Below are positions 41,940 through 55,199 of a stretch of DNA of 64,000 bases, one piece after another. The notes below the pieces were generated by a model, which saw nothing but the letters and a program-made list of their open reading frames with translations, had not been told where the DNA came from and ran no database searches. The number at the start of each line of letters is the position of its first letter. Position 1 is the stretch's first letter. A program made the position numbers and the translations under genes. The stretch spans positions 33,046,001 to 33,110,000 of the forward strand of contig OX597825.1 of assembly GCA_951406725.2 (NCBI GenBank), in the 5' to 3' direction. Source of the stretch: Octopus vulgaris (taxonomy: Eukaryota).

Positions 41940-43249
41940 AAAGATAGTTTCTGCGAAGATAGTTTCTGTCTCCAAAATCGAACTCGACAAATATATTTAG
42001 GCGCTGAAGACTATCCATAGATATGTAATTAATTCTGAAGTTACTCTTCGCTGCTGGATTTGTAAATTCAAAATAATTTCTAATGTCATAATTCATGAAA
42101 CAATTTTCATTTTCATTTCATGAACTCCTTAACACACAACACACAACACACAGATGTCCGCTTACGGAATATTTCAGGCACAATGTACAGTTCTATTTTC
42201 GTTACGAAATGGATTAGGGAAACCTTAGTAAAGATTGCTTCGACAACGCCATGCTTACGATCTGACGTCCCTAAAGTTAGAAATTATTGTCATCGATAGT
42301 CATCTCTCGCTGGAGAAATTTAAGATATTCATTCGAATTGGACCGAAATCCATTTCGTAGATTTCATTCATTTCTGCTGATTAGGCATAAAATTCCTATC
42401 TGTTAGGGAAATAAGGAAGAGGAAATTGATATTGTAACTTTAATGTATTTCCCAAATACATTAGCGAAGTGAGTGAAGTGATTCTAATTAGAAATTGTTA
42501 GTGAATCGTGAAATCGGACACACCTCAACACCACCACCACTTCATGAATGTGGCGCAATATACAGGAAGAAGGATTTTTAATAGATATGACGCTTTGGGC
42601 AAGTATAATTGATATCCTTACTCAAGCGTTTCCCTGTGATCTGGGAATATTATACTACGTTATTCATTCAGTGACAGTGCATTTCAAAGGATACATATTA
42701 ATGCTTCTTTTGAACTAGATACTAGACAAACGGATCACAGGGATTTATTTTACCAAAATTAAAAATAAAAAAAGGAAACTATCAAGTTGATCAAGTATAT
42801 CTCAAGGTTTTTATAATGCTCGAAGAACACGAAATTATATGGTGCTGTGCATTTATTCCAACCATTTACTGAATGCACCAACTCTATTAGTGTAAATAAC
42901 TTGGAAATATTGGGGGTTTTTTTTTCTTAATAATTTCTGTTTTTACGCAGACCTTTAGGAACATCAGTAGCCCAGTAGCCGACGCAGAGAACAATCATCT
43001 AAACAGTTTGTATTAAATTACTGGTCTAATTTCGTGTCTGTGGCCAAGATACATTTCTCAAAGAAAAAACTGAATCAAAGTCCATCTAGCTCTACTAAAG
43101 CAGTGTGTTCCATATTGTTCGCCTTTTTCGGTAGCAATAGCATTCTAGAACTAACAAGCTTGATATTGATTTATAGAATGGAGGTGAGTGGCTTATTTCC
43201 ATATTGCAAAATATTTTCAACTATCTACGTTAAACAAAATTCCTTGTCA

Positions 43250-43653
43250 TAGGCGCAGGAGTGGCTGTGTGGTAAGTAGCTTGCTTACCAGCCACATGGT
43301 TCTGGGTTCAGTCCCACTGCGTGGCACCTTGGACTAGTGTCTTCAACTATAGCCTCGGGCCGTCCGAAGCCTTGTGAGTGGATTTGGTAGACGGAAACTG
43401 AAAGAATCCCGTCGTATATTTGTATATATATGTGTGTGTGTGTGTGGGTGTGTGATTGTCCCCCCAACATCGCTTAACAACCAATGCTGGTGTGTTTACG
43501 TCCCCGTAACTTAGCGGTTCGGCAAAAGAGACCGATAGAATAAGTACTAGGCTTACAAAGAATAAGTCCCGGGGTCGATTTTCTCGACTAAAGGCGCTGC
43601 TCCAGCATGGCCGCAGTCAACTGACTCTGAAACAAGTAAAAGAGTAAAAGAGA
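43250..43653 (+). mobile_element. SINE family A, full length
   Basis: Consensus head to the GTAAAAGAGTAAAAGAG tail. Confidence 0.92.
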
Positions 43654-43822
43654 GTGAATAGGGAAAACGTTCGCCAAGTCTCAACAAAACTGTATCAACG
43701 TGTTATTACTACGACATTCGTATTTAAAAAAAAAAACTTTATCAAGCTATCTTGCTCTAGCATTTTAATTCCACGTGAGTTGTACATCAGTTCTTTTATT
43801 ATTGTAATCTTTTATTCACTCA

Positions 43823-44196
43823 CTAGCAGTATCGCCCGGCGTTGCTCAGGTTTGTAAGGGAAATAACTATAAAGCATTTTTAGAGAGTTATAGCCAAAAA
43901 ATAGCAAAAAAATGGAAAAAAAATGATGGTAAATTTTTTTTGAGAGTTAAAAAAAGTGGAGTTGCGTCCCCTAGACAGTTTTTGGTTTGTGTTTCTGATT
44001 CTCGACCCCATGTCGATTTATCGATTTTTTTCAGAAATTTCAAAATTTTCGCTGCGTTAGTTTTGAATTATGACATTGGGCTATGTGTGTGTCAAGTTTC
44101 ATCAGAATCGGTTGAAAGCCGTGGTCAGGGTGAGGGTACAAGCAAACAGACACACAGAAACACGCACAGACAAACTGCCGTTTATATAGAGAGAGA
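43823..44196 (-). mobile_element. Non-autonomous Helitron
   Basis: On the minus strand it begins TCTCTCTCTATATAAA and ends with a GC-rich hairpin (CCTGAGCAACGCCGGG) followed by CTAG; inserted between A and T with no TSD. Confidence 0.8.
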
Positions 44197-44261
44197 TTTA
44201 GACTTACGCATGCTTTATTCAATCATTAAATCGCACTTAGATCTAGTTGAATCGAGGAATA

Positions 44262-44690
44262 ACTCTTTTATTCTTTGATTTGCTTCAGTCATTGAACTGG
44301 GGCCATGCTGGAGCACCGCCTTGTTAGCTTAGTTTAGTTGAACAAATCAATACCAGTACTTATTTTATCGGTCTGTTTGTTTTTGTTGTTGTTTTCTTTT
44401 GTTGTTGAAGACCTGCTAATGTTACAGAAGCGTAAACAAACCGGCACCGATTACTAAGCGGAGGAGGAACAATCACAAACACAAAGACGCGCATGCATGC
44501 ACATACACACACACACACACACATACATATTCCCGACGGTCTTCCACGCAGTTTTCCTTTCAGGGATTCACTTACAAATTATTGATTATCCCATGGCTAA
44601 AGAAGAAGACAATTGCCCAAGGTACTGCTCAATGGAACTGAACTTGAAGCCACGTTGTTGCGACGCGAACTTCTTAACCGTGCCACGCGG
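44262..44690 (-). mobile_element. SINE family A, strongly diverged
   Basis: CAGTCATT..GGCCATGCTGGAGCACCGCC tail and degenerate body. Confidence 0.7.
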
Positions 44691-44717
44691 TTTCTTTTCT
44701 TAATATTTGTGCAAATA

Positions 44718-45098
44718 AAGGCGACGAGCTGGCAGAATCGTTAGCACGCCGGGCGAAATGCCTTGTGGTATTTCGTCTGCCGTTACGTTCTGAGTTCAAA
44801 TTCCGCCGAGGTCGACTTTGTCTTTCATCCTTTCGGAATCGATTAAATAAGTACCAGTTACGCACTGGGGTCGATATAATCGACTTAATCCGTTTGTCTG
44901 TCCTTGTTTGTCCTCTCTGTGTTTAGCCCCTTGTGGGTAGTAAAGAAATAGGTATTTCGGGTGTCTTTACGTTCCGAGTTCAAATTCCACCGAGGTCGAC
45001 TTTACCTGTCATCCTTTCGGGGTCGATAAGTTAAGTACCAGTTCCGTACTGGGGTCAATCTAATTCCCCAAAAATGCCTTGTGCCTAGAGTAGAAAAC
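44718..45098 (+). mobile_element. SINE family B dimer with 15-bp TSD
   Basis: TSD AATATTTGTGCAAAT at 44702-44716 and 45099-45113; second unit starts at ~44951. Confidence 0.9.
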
Positions 45099-45129
45099 AA
45101 TATTTGTGCAAATGAAACTGGAATTAATA

Positions 45130-45292
45130 ATACTGTTCTACTCTAGGCACACGACCCGAATGTTTGAGGAGGGGCAGTCGATTAGATCGACCCCAGTACG
45201 CAACTGGTACTTAATTTATCGACCCGAAAGGATGAAAAGCAAAGTCGACCTTGGCGGAATTTGAACTCAGAACGTAACGGCAAACGAAAAAA
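45130..45292 (-). mobile_element. 5'-truncated SINE family B variant
   Basis: Reverse-complement core; AAACTGGAATTAA on both sides (TSD). Confidence 0.8.
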
Positions 45293-45467
45293 AAACTGGA
45301 ATTAACAATCAAATGGCCTATCTGTGAGGTTAAGATGGGTTCAATCCCTGTGCGCGACACATTGGGAAACAGACTTCTATTGTAGATTCGAGCTGACCAA
45401 TACATTCTGAGTTGAATTTAATGGACGGAAACTATGCGTGTGTGTGCGTGTGTGTGTGTGTGTGTGT

Positions 45468-45533
<66 letters not shown>

Positions 45534-45846
45534 GTGTGTGTTTGAGACAGTATTTTTCGCCGAAGAAGGATGTAAACATCGGTGCAAGACCGATGTCCTT
45601 CTAACGAAGTCCTTTGCACTGAGTTACTGAGACTCCCTTGTCTTTCTTACCGGGATCGGTCAACAGAAAACCCGTAACCCCCGACGTTGTTATCCACAAA
45701 TTGTGATACGAAATAAATCAATAAATAATATAAATAATAAAAACAAGATATCATTCAGTTTGCCTCGTAGATGTAATCAATCAATCGATTCGAGCATAAG
45801 AAAGGAAGTGAAATTATTATTCATTGTTCTTTATTCATTATTCACG

Positions 45847-46235
45847 AGGGGCTGCGTGGCAAGACGTTTGCTTTCTAACCACCTGTATGAGGCTTCAGTC
45901 CCACTTCGTGATACCTTGAACAAGTTTCTTCGACTATAGTCCCAGGCTAACCAAAGCCTTGTGAGTGGATATGGCACCTGGACACTGAAAGAAGCCCGTT
46001 GTGTATATATCTTTGTGCATGTCTGTGTGTCATTGTGTTCATTCCCAACACCGCTTGACAATCGGTAATGCTTTATTTACGACCCCATAATCTACCGGTT
46101 CGGAAAAAGAAACCGATAGAAAAGTACCAAACATTAAAAAAGGAGTACTGAGATTGATTTGTTCAACTAAACCCTTCGAGGGAGTGCTCCAGTATGGCTG
46201 CAGTCCAGTGACTAAAACAACTAAAAGAAAGATAA
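45847..46235 (+). mobile_element. SINE family A, diverged
   Basis: Degenerate match along the whole length. Confidence 0.75.
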
Positions 46236-46680
46236 ATTTTTTTAAAAACCGTGAGTTCGAATCTTCTTGGTCAGTCGTGAGCAAACCACGACCCTCGGGA
46301 CTATCCGAATAGCACGCCTAACGAAAAACTATCTTGGGTATTTTTAAGTGTGGCCCACCTAATAATGATCTATGTATCATGCGGCCCACTTCTCGAAAAT
46401 GGTTGCCCATGTCTGTTCTAAAAACTTCCTTATGTCTTTAAGCGGAGCATTTAACACTACATACTTCACTGTCACATTTGACATCTAACAAAGCTGTTTA
46501 AAATAAGTTTCAGATAGTTCGTGATAAGATTAACCACGATATCGTGATTTGTCAGAGTCGGTAGAGCATCGGATAAATTGCTTTGTGATATCCATTCTGT
46601 TTCTTTGCGTTCGGAATGTGAATGGTCAATAAAGTACCCTATTTGGAGATTCTTCTTTCTTTCTCTTTCCCCTTCCCTCT

Positions 46681-46742
<62 letters not shown>

Positions 46743-46961
46743 CTCTCTCTCTCCTCTCTGATAGAACTAACCTGTGTCCAAACCTGAAACGGGATAAGAT
46801 CTGATAAACTAAATTCAAAGTGCACAACCCATGCCATTATATCATGTAGACTCTTGTTCGTCAACATCATCAGAAGTTAAGGTCCCACAAACGATAAATT
46901 AATAAATAATGCAGCGACGTTATAACACCATTGCTCGGTTGTGACAGCCATTGTTGACTTT

Positions 46962-47161
46962 TACCGTAAATTCTGTCATACAAGTCGACGCTGTATACAG
47001 TGTTAACACGTAAACATTGAAAGGTTGTCACAATCTTCCCGAATCCTGCAGCATTTCATTTGCGATTTTTTATCTTCCAAAGTCCTCTTAATAGATCAAC
47101 CTATCGTTTTTAAATGAAGATTTTGGTCTGAAAAATTCCACTTGTATATCGGAAAATACCC
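46962..47161. mobile_element. Tc2/pogo-like MITE, second copy
   Basis: Homologous to 15457-15660 (TACCGTA..CATACAAGTCGAC..GTAAACATT..CACTTGTAT..GGAAAATAC). Confidence 0.65.
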
Positions 47162-47197
47162 ATCTCTAAAACATAATCAAACAATATTTACTTATTC

Positions 47198-47416
47198 AAG
47201 GCGGCGAGCTGGCAGACTCGTTAGCACGCCAGGCGAAATGCGTAGCCGTATTTCGTCTGCCGTTACGTTCTGAGTTCAAATTCCGCCGAGGTCGACTTTG
47301 CCTTTCATCCTTTCGGGGTCGATAAATTAAGTACCAGTTACGCACTGGGGTCGATGTAATCGACATAATCCGTTTGTCCCCTCTGTGTTTAGCCCATTGT
47401 GGGCAGTAGTGAAATA
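47198..47416 (+). mobile_element. SINE family B with 16-bp TSD
   Basis: TSD AATATTTACTTATTCA at ~47183 and ~47417. Confidence 0.92.
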
Positions 47417-47529
47417 AATATTTACTTATTCATCTAACAACTGTTATGAAGATAATCTCTCTCTGAGTCAAGTCTGCGAGCTGGTTTCGATTTCCGACTA
47501 AATCTATTCTACTTATCTATGTATAACAA

Positions 47530-47722
47530 TCATGCGCAAACTGCGACCCGCCGGACACCTAACGAAAAATTACCTTGAATTATTCTTTTTTTATTTTTGG
47601 ATTGTTTTGTTCTTGATTTTTGCTTTTATTTTTCTTTACATTTTTCAGTAGTGCGGTCCACCAGATGATGAGAAATGTCTAATGTGGTCGCTTTTCAACA
47701 AGATTTGCCAAAGCCTGATCTA
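47530..47722. mobile_element. Decayed hAT-like MITE; related fragment at ~46310-46420
   Basis: GCAAACTGCGACCCGC..GCGGTCCAC..TTTGCCAAAGCCTGATCTA; the shared ACCTAACGAAAAA / GCGGCCCAC motifs. Confidence 0.4.
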
Positions 47723-47839
47723 TATTCTTCTGCTACAGTCTGCGTAGGTTATGTTTAGCTATGAAACAAAATTGAAGACATAACCTGTTATACACACACC
47801 GTTTATATTATTCGACAGACGATCGACCGATGAAGTATA

Positions 47840-48010
47840 GCACGAAATCAAAGATATAATTTATCATAGACAGATACGGGTTCGTAAGACAATTGTTTAA
47901 TAAACTACGGAACGAAATCGAAGATATAATTTATCATAAACACAACATTTATTTGTTAGACAGCGGGATGATAAACTATGGAACGAAATCGAAGATATAA
48001 TCTATTATGG
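47840..48010 (+). repeat. Three diverged ~70-bp tandem units (ACGAAATCGAAGATATAAT..)
   Basis: The motif occurs at ~47842, ~47912 and ~47982. Confidence 0.7.
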
Positions 48011-48077
48011 ACGCAACATTTATACCATTTATATTATTTGAAAGATAACTGATCGAGAAATAAATATTATCTAGTAA

Positions 48078-48130
<53 letters not shown>

Positions 48131-48269
48131 CGTGTGTGTGTATTTGTGTTTGTATGTGCGTATGTGTGCACACGCGTGCTCGCGCGCTTCATTCACTGAG
48201 ATTGTGGTCTTGAGTTCAGCCGAATGCCCTTTTCTCTGATATGAAGAATGTAGTATAAGGTATTAAGAT

Positions 48270-48496
48270 AGGCGGTGAGCTGGCAGAAACGTTAGCACAC
48301 CGGGCGAAATGCTTAGCAGTATTTCGTCTGCCGCTACGTTCTGAGTTCAAATCCCGCCGAGGTCGACTTTGCCTTTCATCCTTTCGGGGTCGATAAATTT
48401 AAGTACCAGTTACGCACTGGGGTCGATGTAATCGACTTAATACCTATGTCTGTCCTTGTTTGTCCCCTCTATGCCTCTTGTGGGTAGTAAAGAAAT
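48270..48496 (+). mobile_element. SINE family B
   Basis: Consensus match; GGTATTAAGAT on both sides (TSD). Confidence 0.9.
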
Positions 48497-48569
48497 AGGT
48501 ATTAAGATTTGTGAAAGTGTCACAAGGTAGTCAAGCATCATCGAACCCTATTGTTGATATATTACGTTC

Positions 48570-49057
48570 TCCATTTCGTTCCATTATGCTGGTTCCGGAC
48601 CCCTTTCAGCAACATCAATTCACTCGTCCATCCACAAATACTCTCCAAGCTTTCCTATCATTTACAAACTCTCTTGCCTCTCTCACTCCAACATCTCTAA
48701 CCACCAAAGGTTTCCTTACTCTATCCATCCACACAAACCGAGGTTTGCCTCTGGTTCTGCTGCTTACCACCTCTGCCTTCATCATCATCCTTACCATCCA
48801 CTCCTCATCCATCCTGCCCATGTGACCAAACCACCTCAACAGTCGTCTATCCCTTCTGCTACATAGATTTTCTCTCACTCCTGCTCACCTTCGTACCTCA
48901 TTCCTCATTCTGTCCATCCGTGTCACACCAGCCATAGCCCTCAAACATCTCATCTCAAACACATCTAGTCGCCTCCTTTCCTCCTCTCTCAAAACCCACG
49001 TCTCTGCACCATATAACATCGTCGGCACAATCACGCCCTCACACACACCTCTTCCAG
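48570..49057 (-). mobile_element. 3' fragment of an RTE-clade LINE (ORF2 C-terminus plus short 3' UTR)
   Basis: Peptides IVPTMLYGAETW..RLDVFEMRCLRAMAGVTRMDRMRNEVRR and LLRWFGHMGRM..RTRGKPRFVWMD..DRKAWR are typical RTE C-terminal motifs; one frameshift. Confidence 0.9.
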
Positions 49058-49099
49058 TGCCTTCGAATTTAATATTTTTAATATTTAATATTGTGAAGT

Positions 49100-49182
49100 C
49101 CCATGCTGATGAAGAAAATGTTCGGGTAAAGTATAAATTACACATCCTTTATACCGATCTAATTCCGAAACGCGTACATGGG
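49100..49182 (+). ncRNA. Type I hammerhead ribozyme motif with extended stem II
   Basis: Stem I CCCATG/CATGGG; CTGATGA (49106-12); 54-nt stem II domain AGAA..TCGG..TAAAG/CTTTA..CCGA..TTCC; GAAA (49167-70); stem III A-CGCG-T; triplet GUA. Confidence 0.75.
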
Positions 49183-49360
49183 TAATCTAATATCGATTGA
49201 TTTTCGTTATTTTTCCTCTCTGCCTTCGTGGATTGTTTTCGAGTAATTTGTTTTTTCCGGGAGTCTCTTTTTAAAGTAGAGGAAATAGCTAAGGTTCTTT
49301 GGCTGCTATTCTAAACTTCGGTATGTGTTAAAGCAAATCTTTGCTGAACCCTTTTATAAA

Positions 49361-49419
<59 letters not shown>

Positions 49420-49429
49420 TACATACATA

Positions 49430-49591
49430 CATACATACGACAGATTTCTTTCAATTTCTGTCTACCAAATCTGCTCACAAGGATTTGGTCGGCCCGAGAC
49501 TATAACAGAAGGCACCTGCCCAAGGTACTACGCAATTCGACTGAACCCGGAACCATGTGGTTGGGAAGCAAGCTTCTTACCACACAGCCAC
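49430..49591 (-). mobile_element. SINE family A, 5' half only
   Basis: Head to the internal microsatellite; the 3' half is missing. Confidence 0.78.
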
Positions 49592-51646
49592 GTCTAATTA
49601 TCCACATCTCAAATCATTTCCTGCCGTTTTATACGTAAAAAGTACGTTTCATGGTGTAATTTTCTATTCTTTAACTAGTTTCAGATCAAGAGCTGCAGCT
49701 ATGTTGGGACAACGCCATTATACTCTGTTTAAGAAAATAAAACGGGTTGTTCATATTTGGAACTTTTAGATGATAGTTTTTCCTAGTCAGAGATGGAGTG
49801 ATGCTAAATAACAATATATCAAAACTTAAAGGATTGTATCCTACCTGCTTTTTTCTCGCTTGATCAAGAAGGACATTGTTTGACACTTTTTAGAATCCCA
49901 GAAATTGCTGAGAAGGAAAGAAGCAAGCATCCTCGAAGTAGAGACGTGAACTGAATGTGATGTTAAACCTTGCGGGGGATTAAGTCTATGACCCAGGTAA
50001 GCCACAACAAGATTTGAACTCAGGTTGCAAAAAGTCAGGATAAAAGCAGCAAAGAATCCAGTTCCACCAGCCAAGGTTTAAGTACGGAACGCAAGAATTC
50101 GGCGAGAGAGAAAAAAGAGACCAATGCAAGGCATTTCGTCTGACGCTTTCGTGTATTCTTCCTGACTGTTAAAGACCAAAGGACTTCGGACACAAGAAAT
50201 TCTGGCGATTTTGTAGTTTTTATTTTTTCTCCAGTTTCACATGGAAAAAGAAAAGAAAACGAAATAAAAGAGAAATGGAAGATAAAGAGAAGAAAATCAA
50301 AGACAGTTTTATATTAATAATTCGAAGAAAATCGAAGATTCCAGTATTTTCTGCTTTAATTTGCTTTGCCGTGGCGTAGAGAAATCTGTGGTAATATATA
50401 GATATTTCTCACAAGTTAATGACCAGATTTATCTATTAGAGAGAGCTTTTTAGATCAAAGTACACAATTATTTATGTAAGGATTCTTTTTGTAACTGATG
50501 CTGTTCGTGGATTCTGTCGGACGGACCGAGCAATTCCAACTTCACTCATCGAGATGGCTTCAACGAAAAATATGGGTCTCTAATTGGAGGATTTTGTAAA
50601 ACAACAGGCAATGTGTTTTTACAATTTTATTTTATTTATTTTTATTGAATCGTTTTCAGGATAACTGAACCATGGAAAAGATTTTTTTAGTTACACGATC
50701 CATTTTCTCCAAAGAACGTGTTATTCTTTGGTGAACATACATGTAGTTTCCCTTTAGTTTCAAAGTTTACGATCTGGTTTCGTTTCATCAGCGGAACAAT
50801 ATGACTTCACTTTCGTTACAAAACAATTAAAAATCTATGAACTCCATTTCTCCAACAGAATATAAATAAAGGTGTATTTTATAATCTGAAGAGTTATTCG
50901 ACGAGCCTGAAAACAATCCTATGTAACCGATTCTGGCACAGAGCGTGAAAGTAAGAGGAAGAGAGTGGGGGTAGGGATAGGGGAGAGAAACTTATGATTA
51001 ACAGACTTTCAAATCGTGATCTTTCCACTTTTTTTCCCAAAATTGTGCACTCGGACTACATTATCCAGTGTATCCCTGTCGGGACGTGGTTTGCCGGAGA
51101 CTTGACTACTATTTCTAGAATACTGAGTGAGCACATGGATGCTCTTCCCTCAGTGATCCGAGCCTTGCTTATGGTTTTCTTAAAAGCATCCATTTACCCA
51201 AGTTCCAACTGACCATTTTAAATCATTGCTCTAAATCGATATCAAATCGCATTAGACATATATAGAGTCGCAACTGAGATGACGATGTGCTGAGAAATGT
51301 TCTGGGAAAAGGCCGAAGAGTTAAAAATTCACCGAATCAACAACGGTAGTGTTTTGCGTCTAAAGTCAAAAAATTTACTCTTCTTCGGATTTACCCACCG
51401 ACATGTAAATAGAAACCACACCAATGAACAACACATTGTAGTAAATTGTATATCAGTCTACAACTGACCAATGTTTTGTTATTAATTGAAGTTATATATA
51501 ATTGCAATGTAATTGTTATGTAATTGTTATACAATTGAACCAGAATAGACAGTATGATACTTATCCAGTACACAACTTTAAATTGGGGTTTTTCAATCTT
51601 GTTAGTCAGTCTTTACCGTTGAATCAGAACTGTATACGAATGCTTC

Positions 51647-51907
51647 GTGGAGGCGCGTGGCTTAGTGGTTAGGGTGTCAGCATCATGATCGTAAGATTGT
51701 GGTTTCGATTCCTGGACCGGGCGACGTGTTGTGTTCTTGAGCAAAACACTTCATTTCACGTTGCTCCAGTCCACTCAGCTGGCAAAAATGAGTAACGCTG
51801 CGATGGACTGGCGTCCCGTCCAGCTGGGGAACACATACGCCATAGAAACTGGGAAACTGGGCCCATGAGCTTGGTTAGGCGTTAAAAGGGCCCATTTATT
51901 TTTTATT
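51647..51907 (+). mobile_element. tRNA-derived SINE family C with TSD
   Basis: Head GGCGCGTGGCTTAGTGGTTAGG..GGTTTCGATTCC; TSD TATACGAAT(G/A)CTTC at 51633 and 51908; ATTT-repeat tail. Confidence 0.85.
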
Positions 51908-52943
51908 TATACGAATACTTCAAGTACAGTGGTTCATCTCATGTCAACCTCACACAGCAATCCTCCTCACTTCACTATTAGTAGTTCAAGCATTTCTCAG
52001 ACTGACGTTTAGAGTCCACTCCAGTTAAATTATTCTCTCTGACACTGAATTAGTTCGCCACAATCAATGTAATCGATTGATTTTCGAGACAAAATAATAA
52101 AAAAATAAGGGTGGAAACGACTTTGTACATACAAAGTATTTCCTTATAATAGCTTTCCGCTCCATTCAATAACATTGTAAGTTACATAGGCTTGGATAAT
52201 TCACACCCAGTTATTTCCCTTTTTCTTCTTTAACTTTTCTGTTGACCTTACAATTTTGTTAAACGGAAAATGCAGTAATATGTGCGTATATATGACATGT
52301 TTAGACAGTTTGTCATCGATAGATGGACGAACTACTTGCTAATGACATTAATGAATTAATAAATCGGTTAGGCCGATCAATACTCTTTCATTAGAATTTA
52401 CAAGATCCTGGCAATGATGGTTTTATTGGAAGATTTCACGAGACTTACTCAACTATTTATGAGTTCGTTGTATTTAGTTTGACTCGACTTTGAGGAGTGG
52501 AGGGGTTTATTTATTATACTTGCTTTCTTTACTCGCTCTTTAATTGTTACCCACAGCTTTCGGTTAGATTACACAGCAGTGAATAGCATCAATTAATTAT
52601 TTAATTAATTAGAAATGTTATTATTGCATAGACTGTAGGTGACTTTTGTCTCTGTAATGATATATTGAAAGCTTTAATGTTTTCCAGCAAATAAGTGTTG
52701 CTGGCTTCATTCATTAATACTGTAGAATGATTCATTTGTTTGCCCGTATAAGGATTCCATCGGAGCATTGGAAACAAGTTTACATTAGCTTCTCACATCA
52801 GCCATTGGTTTCTGCTGTTGGCACAAAGCCACGTGTTTGAAATGTCAAATTATATAAATATTAGCTACAACACATTGCTAAGAACAAATTGTAATTTCAA
52901 ACAAGGCTCGCAGACATGCAAGGGAAAAGGGTGTATAGTCAAT

Positions 52944-53062
52944 TAGGACAATTGGCAGAATCGTTAGAGCGTTGGACAGAACGCTTCGAGGCATTCGTTC
53001 CGATGTCCTGCGTTCTGAGTTCAACTCCTACTGAGGTCAACTTTGCTTTTCGTCATTTTGGA
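52944..53062 (+). mobile_element. Diverged SINE family B 5' part, abutting an RTE fragment
   Basis: TGGCAGAATCGTTAG..CGTTCTGAGTTCAA..GAGGTCAACTTTGC. Confidence 0.6.
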
Positions 53063-53485
53063 GATCAGGGCAGGTCAGGTATAGGAGCATGCGCCGTTGC
53101 AACACGTCGCTACATCCAACGTTTGTTAGTATTTGCTCAGACGGTCATCCGAGGCAATGCCCTGAGAAGTCTCCCTGTTAGTCTCCATCTCTGCAAGATA
53201 TTTCCTCATCTGTCGTGACCATGTAGTGGTTCCTCGGAGAAGAGAGTGCGATATTCAGGATCCAACTCAGAAAACTGATCAACATGACCAAAGAGTCTGA
53301 GCTGATGCTCTCAAAGTATACAAGTAAAAGGGCACATCCCAGTCTCTGAATAGCCATTGGTTGAATAAGAAATCTGACCAATGGTCATCCATAATCCTAC
53401 GAAGCGTCCTGGTACCAAAGGAGTTCAGATGGCTCCTAAGGGTCGCAGACAGGGTTCAACTCATACAACTATAGAGCAAGACAAG
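53063..53485 (-). mobile_element. Decayed 3' fragment of an RTE-clade LINE
   Basis: Minus-strand remnants VLLYSC..TL..LNSFGTRTLRRIM..WSDF, QLRLFGHV and TTWSRQM..DVATCCNGACS. Confidence 0.75.
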
Positions 53486-53867
53486 GTGGACCAGAAACGT
53501 GAAAACCCGAACCTGGATTGGCGGAACTGTGAGAGCATTGTGCCGGATGTCTTACAGTATTTGTTCCGTTTTTTTGCTTGCTGTGTTCAAATCCCGCCAT
53601 GGACTGCTTAGTTTGGACTCTACCCGCGTCGGCTGGTTTAACACTTTTACTTGGTACTTTGGGTATCTTTAGCGGAGTCCACTTTGTCGTAAGCATTCGA
53701 ACCAGGTTTCTGCTTTCAAGATTCCTCCCTCCTTCCCTCCTTCCCTCCCTCCCTACCTCCCTACCTACCTACTTCCTACGAGTTTTGGAGGGAAGACTCT
53801 GTTTCCCCTCGTGACTAAAAGATATTTAAAAATTGAATTATTGTTTCTAATATAGACATAAAGCCGA

Positions 53868-54278
53868 AGGAGGAAAGCTGGTGGAATCGTTACTGTGCCG
53901 GATAAAATGCTTAGTTGCATTTCTGCCGAACAAAATGCTTAGCTGCATTTCTTCCGAGGTTGACTTTGCCTGTCGTCCTGTTGGAGTCGATAAAATAAGT
54001 ACAAGTAAAGTGCTGGGTCGATGTAATCGGTTAACCCCATCCTCCAAAATTTCAGGTTATATAAGAAAGGATATAGGAAGAAGGGCAGAAGTATGAGGGA
54101 GAAATAGTCGTGTAATTCGACTGTAGTACTTAATTGGTACTTAATTTTATCACCTCTGAAAGGATTAAAGGCAAATTGGACCACGGCGGGATTTGAACTC
54201 AGAATGTAAAGATTCGGATCAAATACCATAATGTATTTTTTCCCCGATGTTCTAACAATTTTGCCAGCTCGTCGCCTT
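53868..54278. mobile_element. Two diverged family B SINEs, tail to tail (+ 53868-54070, - 54110-54278)
   Basis: Degenerate heads at both outer ends; core AGTAC/GGGTCGAT motifs inside. Confidence 0.65.
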
Positions 54279-55199
54279 TCTTACAAACACAATATTCTCA
54301 GCTCGAAGTTAAGTGAATTAGGAAAGCGAGATAATGGCACTTTTGTTTCGCTTGTGATAATACTAAATCCTTTCTTCTTTGTTTTTCTTGAATAAAGCTT
54401 TCCGAGTGGGTTTTGGTAATTGCCCTTTTCCTAATGTGTAAAAGACTTGCATCTGCCGAGATAAATTCTACATTAACGAAATGTATACTATTTAAGCCAC
54501 CTCAAAAAAGGTCTCCAAACTATGTTATGAAAAGAATTTGTAAAAGCTAGTTGCCCTCTAACATGATAATGATTATGTGAAACGGCGTTGAATAAGAATT
54601 TCCCACTTGAGAATTCAGTTCTATTTTGGCTCACAGGAATCTTATTCTCTTTCCGGTTTTCAATTTTGAATAGCTTCACTGAATGGATTCTATCAAAGCT
54701 TTGTTACATATCAATAATTAAGTTGCTGACGAGGCATATTTATATCGCCAGTATTTTGCGATGCACTTGTTCTACCCTCACACACTCTCGGCAAACTATT
54801 AATATTCGTGAATGAATATACTTGAAACTGATTGATAGAAATGTGTTGGCTAAATTTTCTATAAGCTTCAGCGTTTTTCCCAGGTTTGATTTTAAATTGC
54901 ATCTGGTAGAGAAGCCTACTACCAGATGCAATTTAACCGATGCGGGGTTTTGAAAAATGTATTTAGGGTTAGCCACTAATATTCGGAGGTCTACTCTGAC
55001 CAGAAGTAATAGCACCTGTCAGGGTTCCAGCAATACCGTAAACAGCATGCTAGAGGGCTGGCCTACCTACGTATGGGAAAACCGAATCCAGTAAACTCTG
55101 AAGAAGAAACTATTATGGTTCAACGACGCAGAAGGCGGCTGTTGCAACGCATTGTGAAGTGCAGAGAGCAACATGAGGCAAGTAAGACAGGAGGAATCA

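Noticed and set aside
47840-48010. Repeat-spacer pattern resembling CRISPR
   Set aside because: Eukaryotic context, only three diverged units, spacers partly related to each other, no cas genes.
50370-50900. Possible Tc1/mariner N-terminal relic on the minus strand
   Set aside because: Only vague peptide resemblance and no recognisable TIR pair.
51647-51725. Apparent tRNA gene (also at 23310-23385 and the family A heads)
   Set aside because: No proper cloverleaf; the sequence continues into a SINE body with a tail and, at 51647, a TSD.
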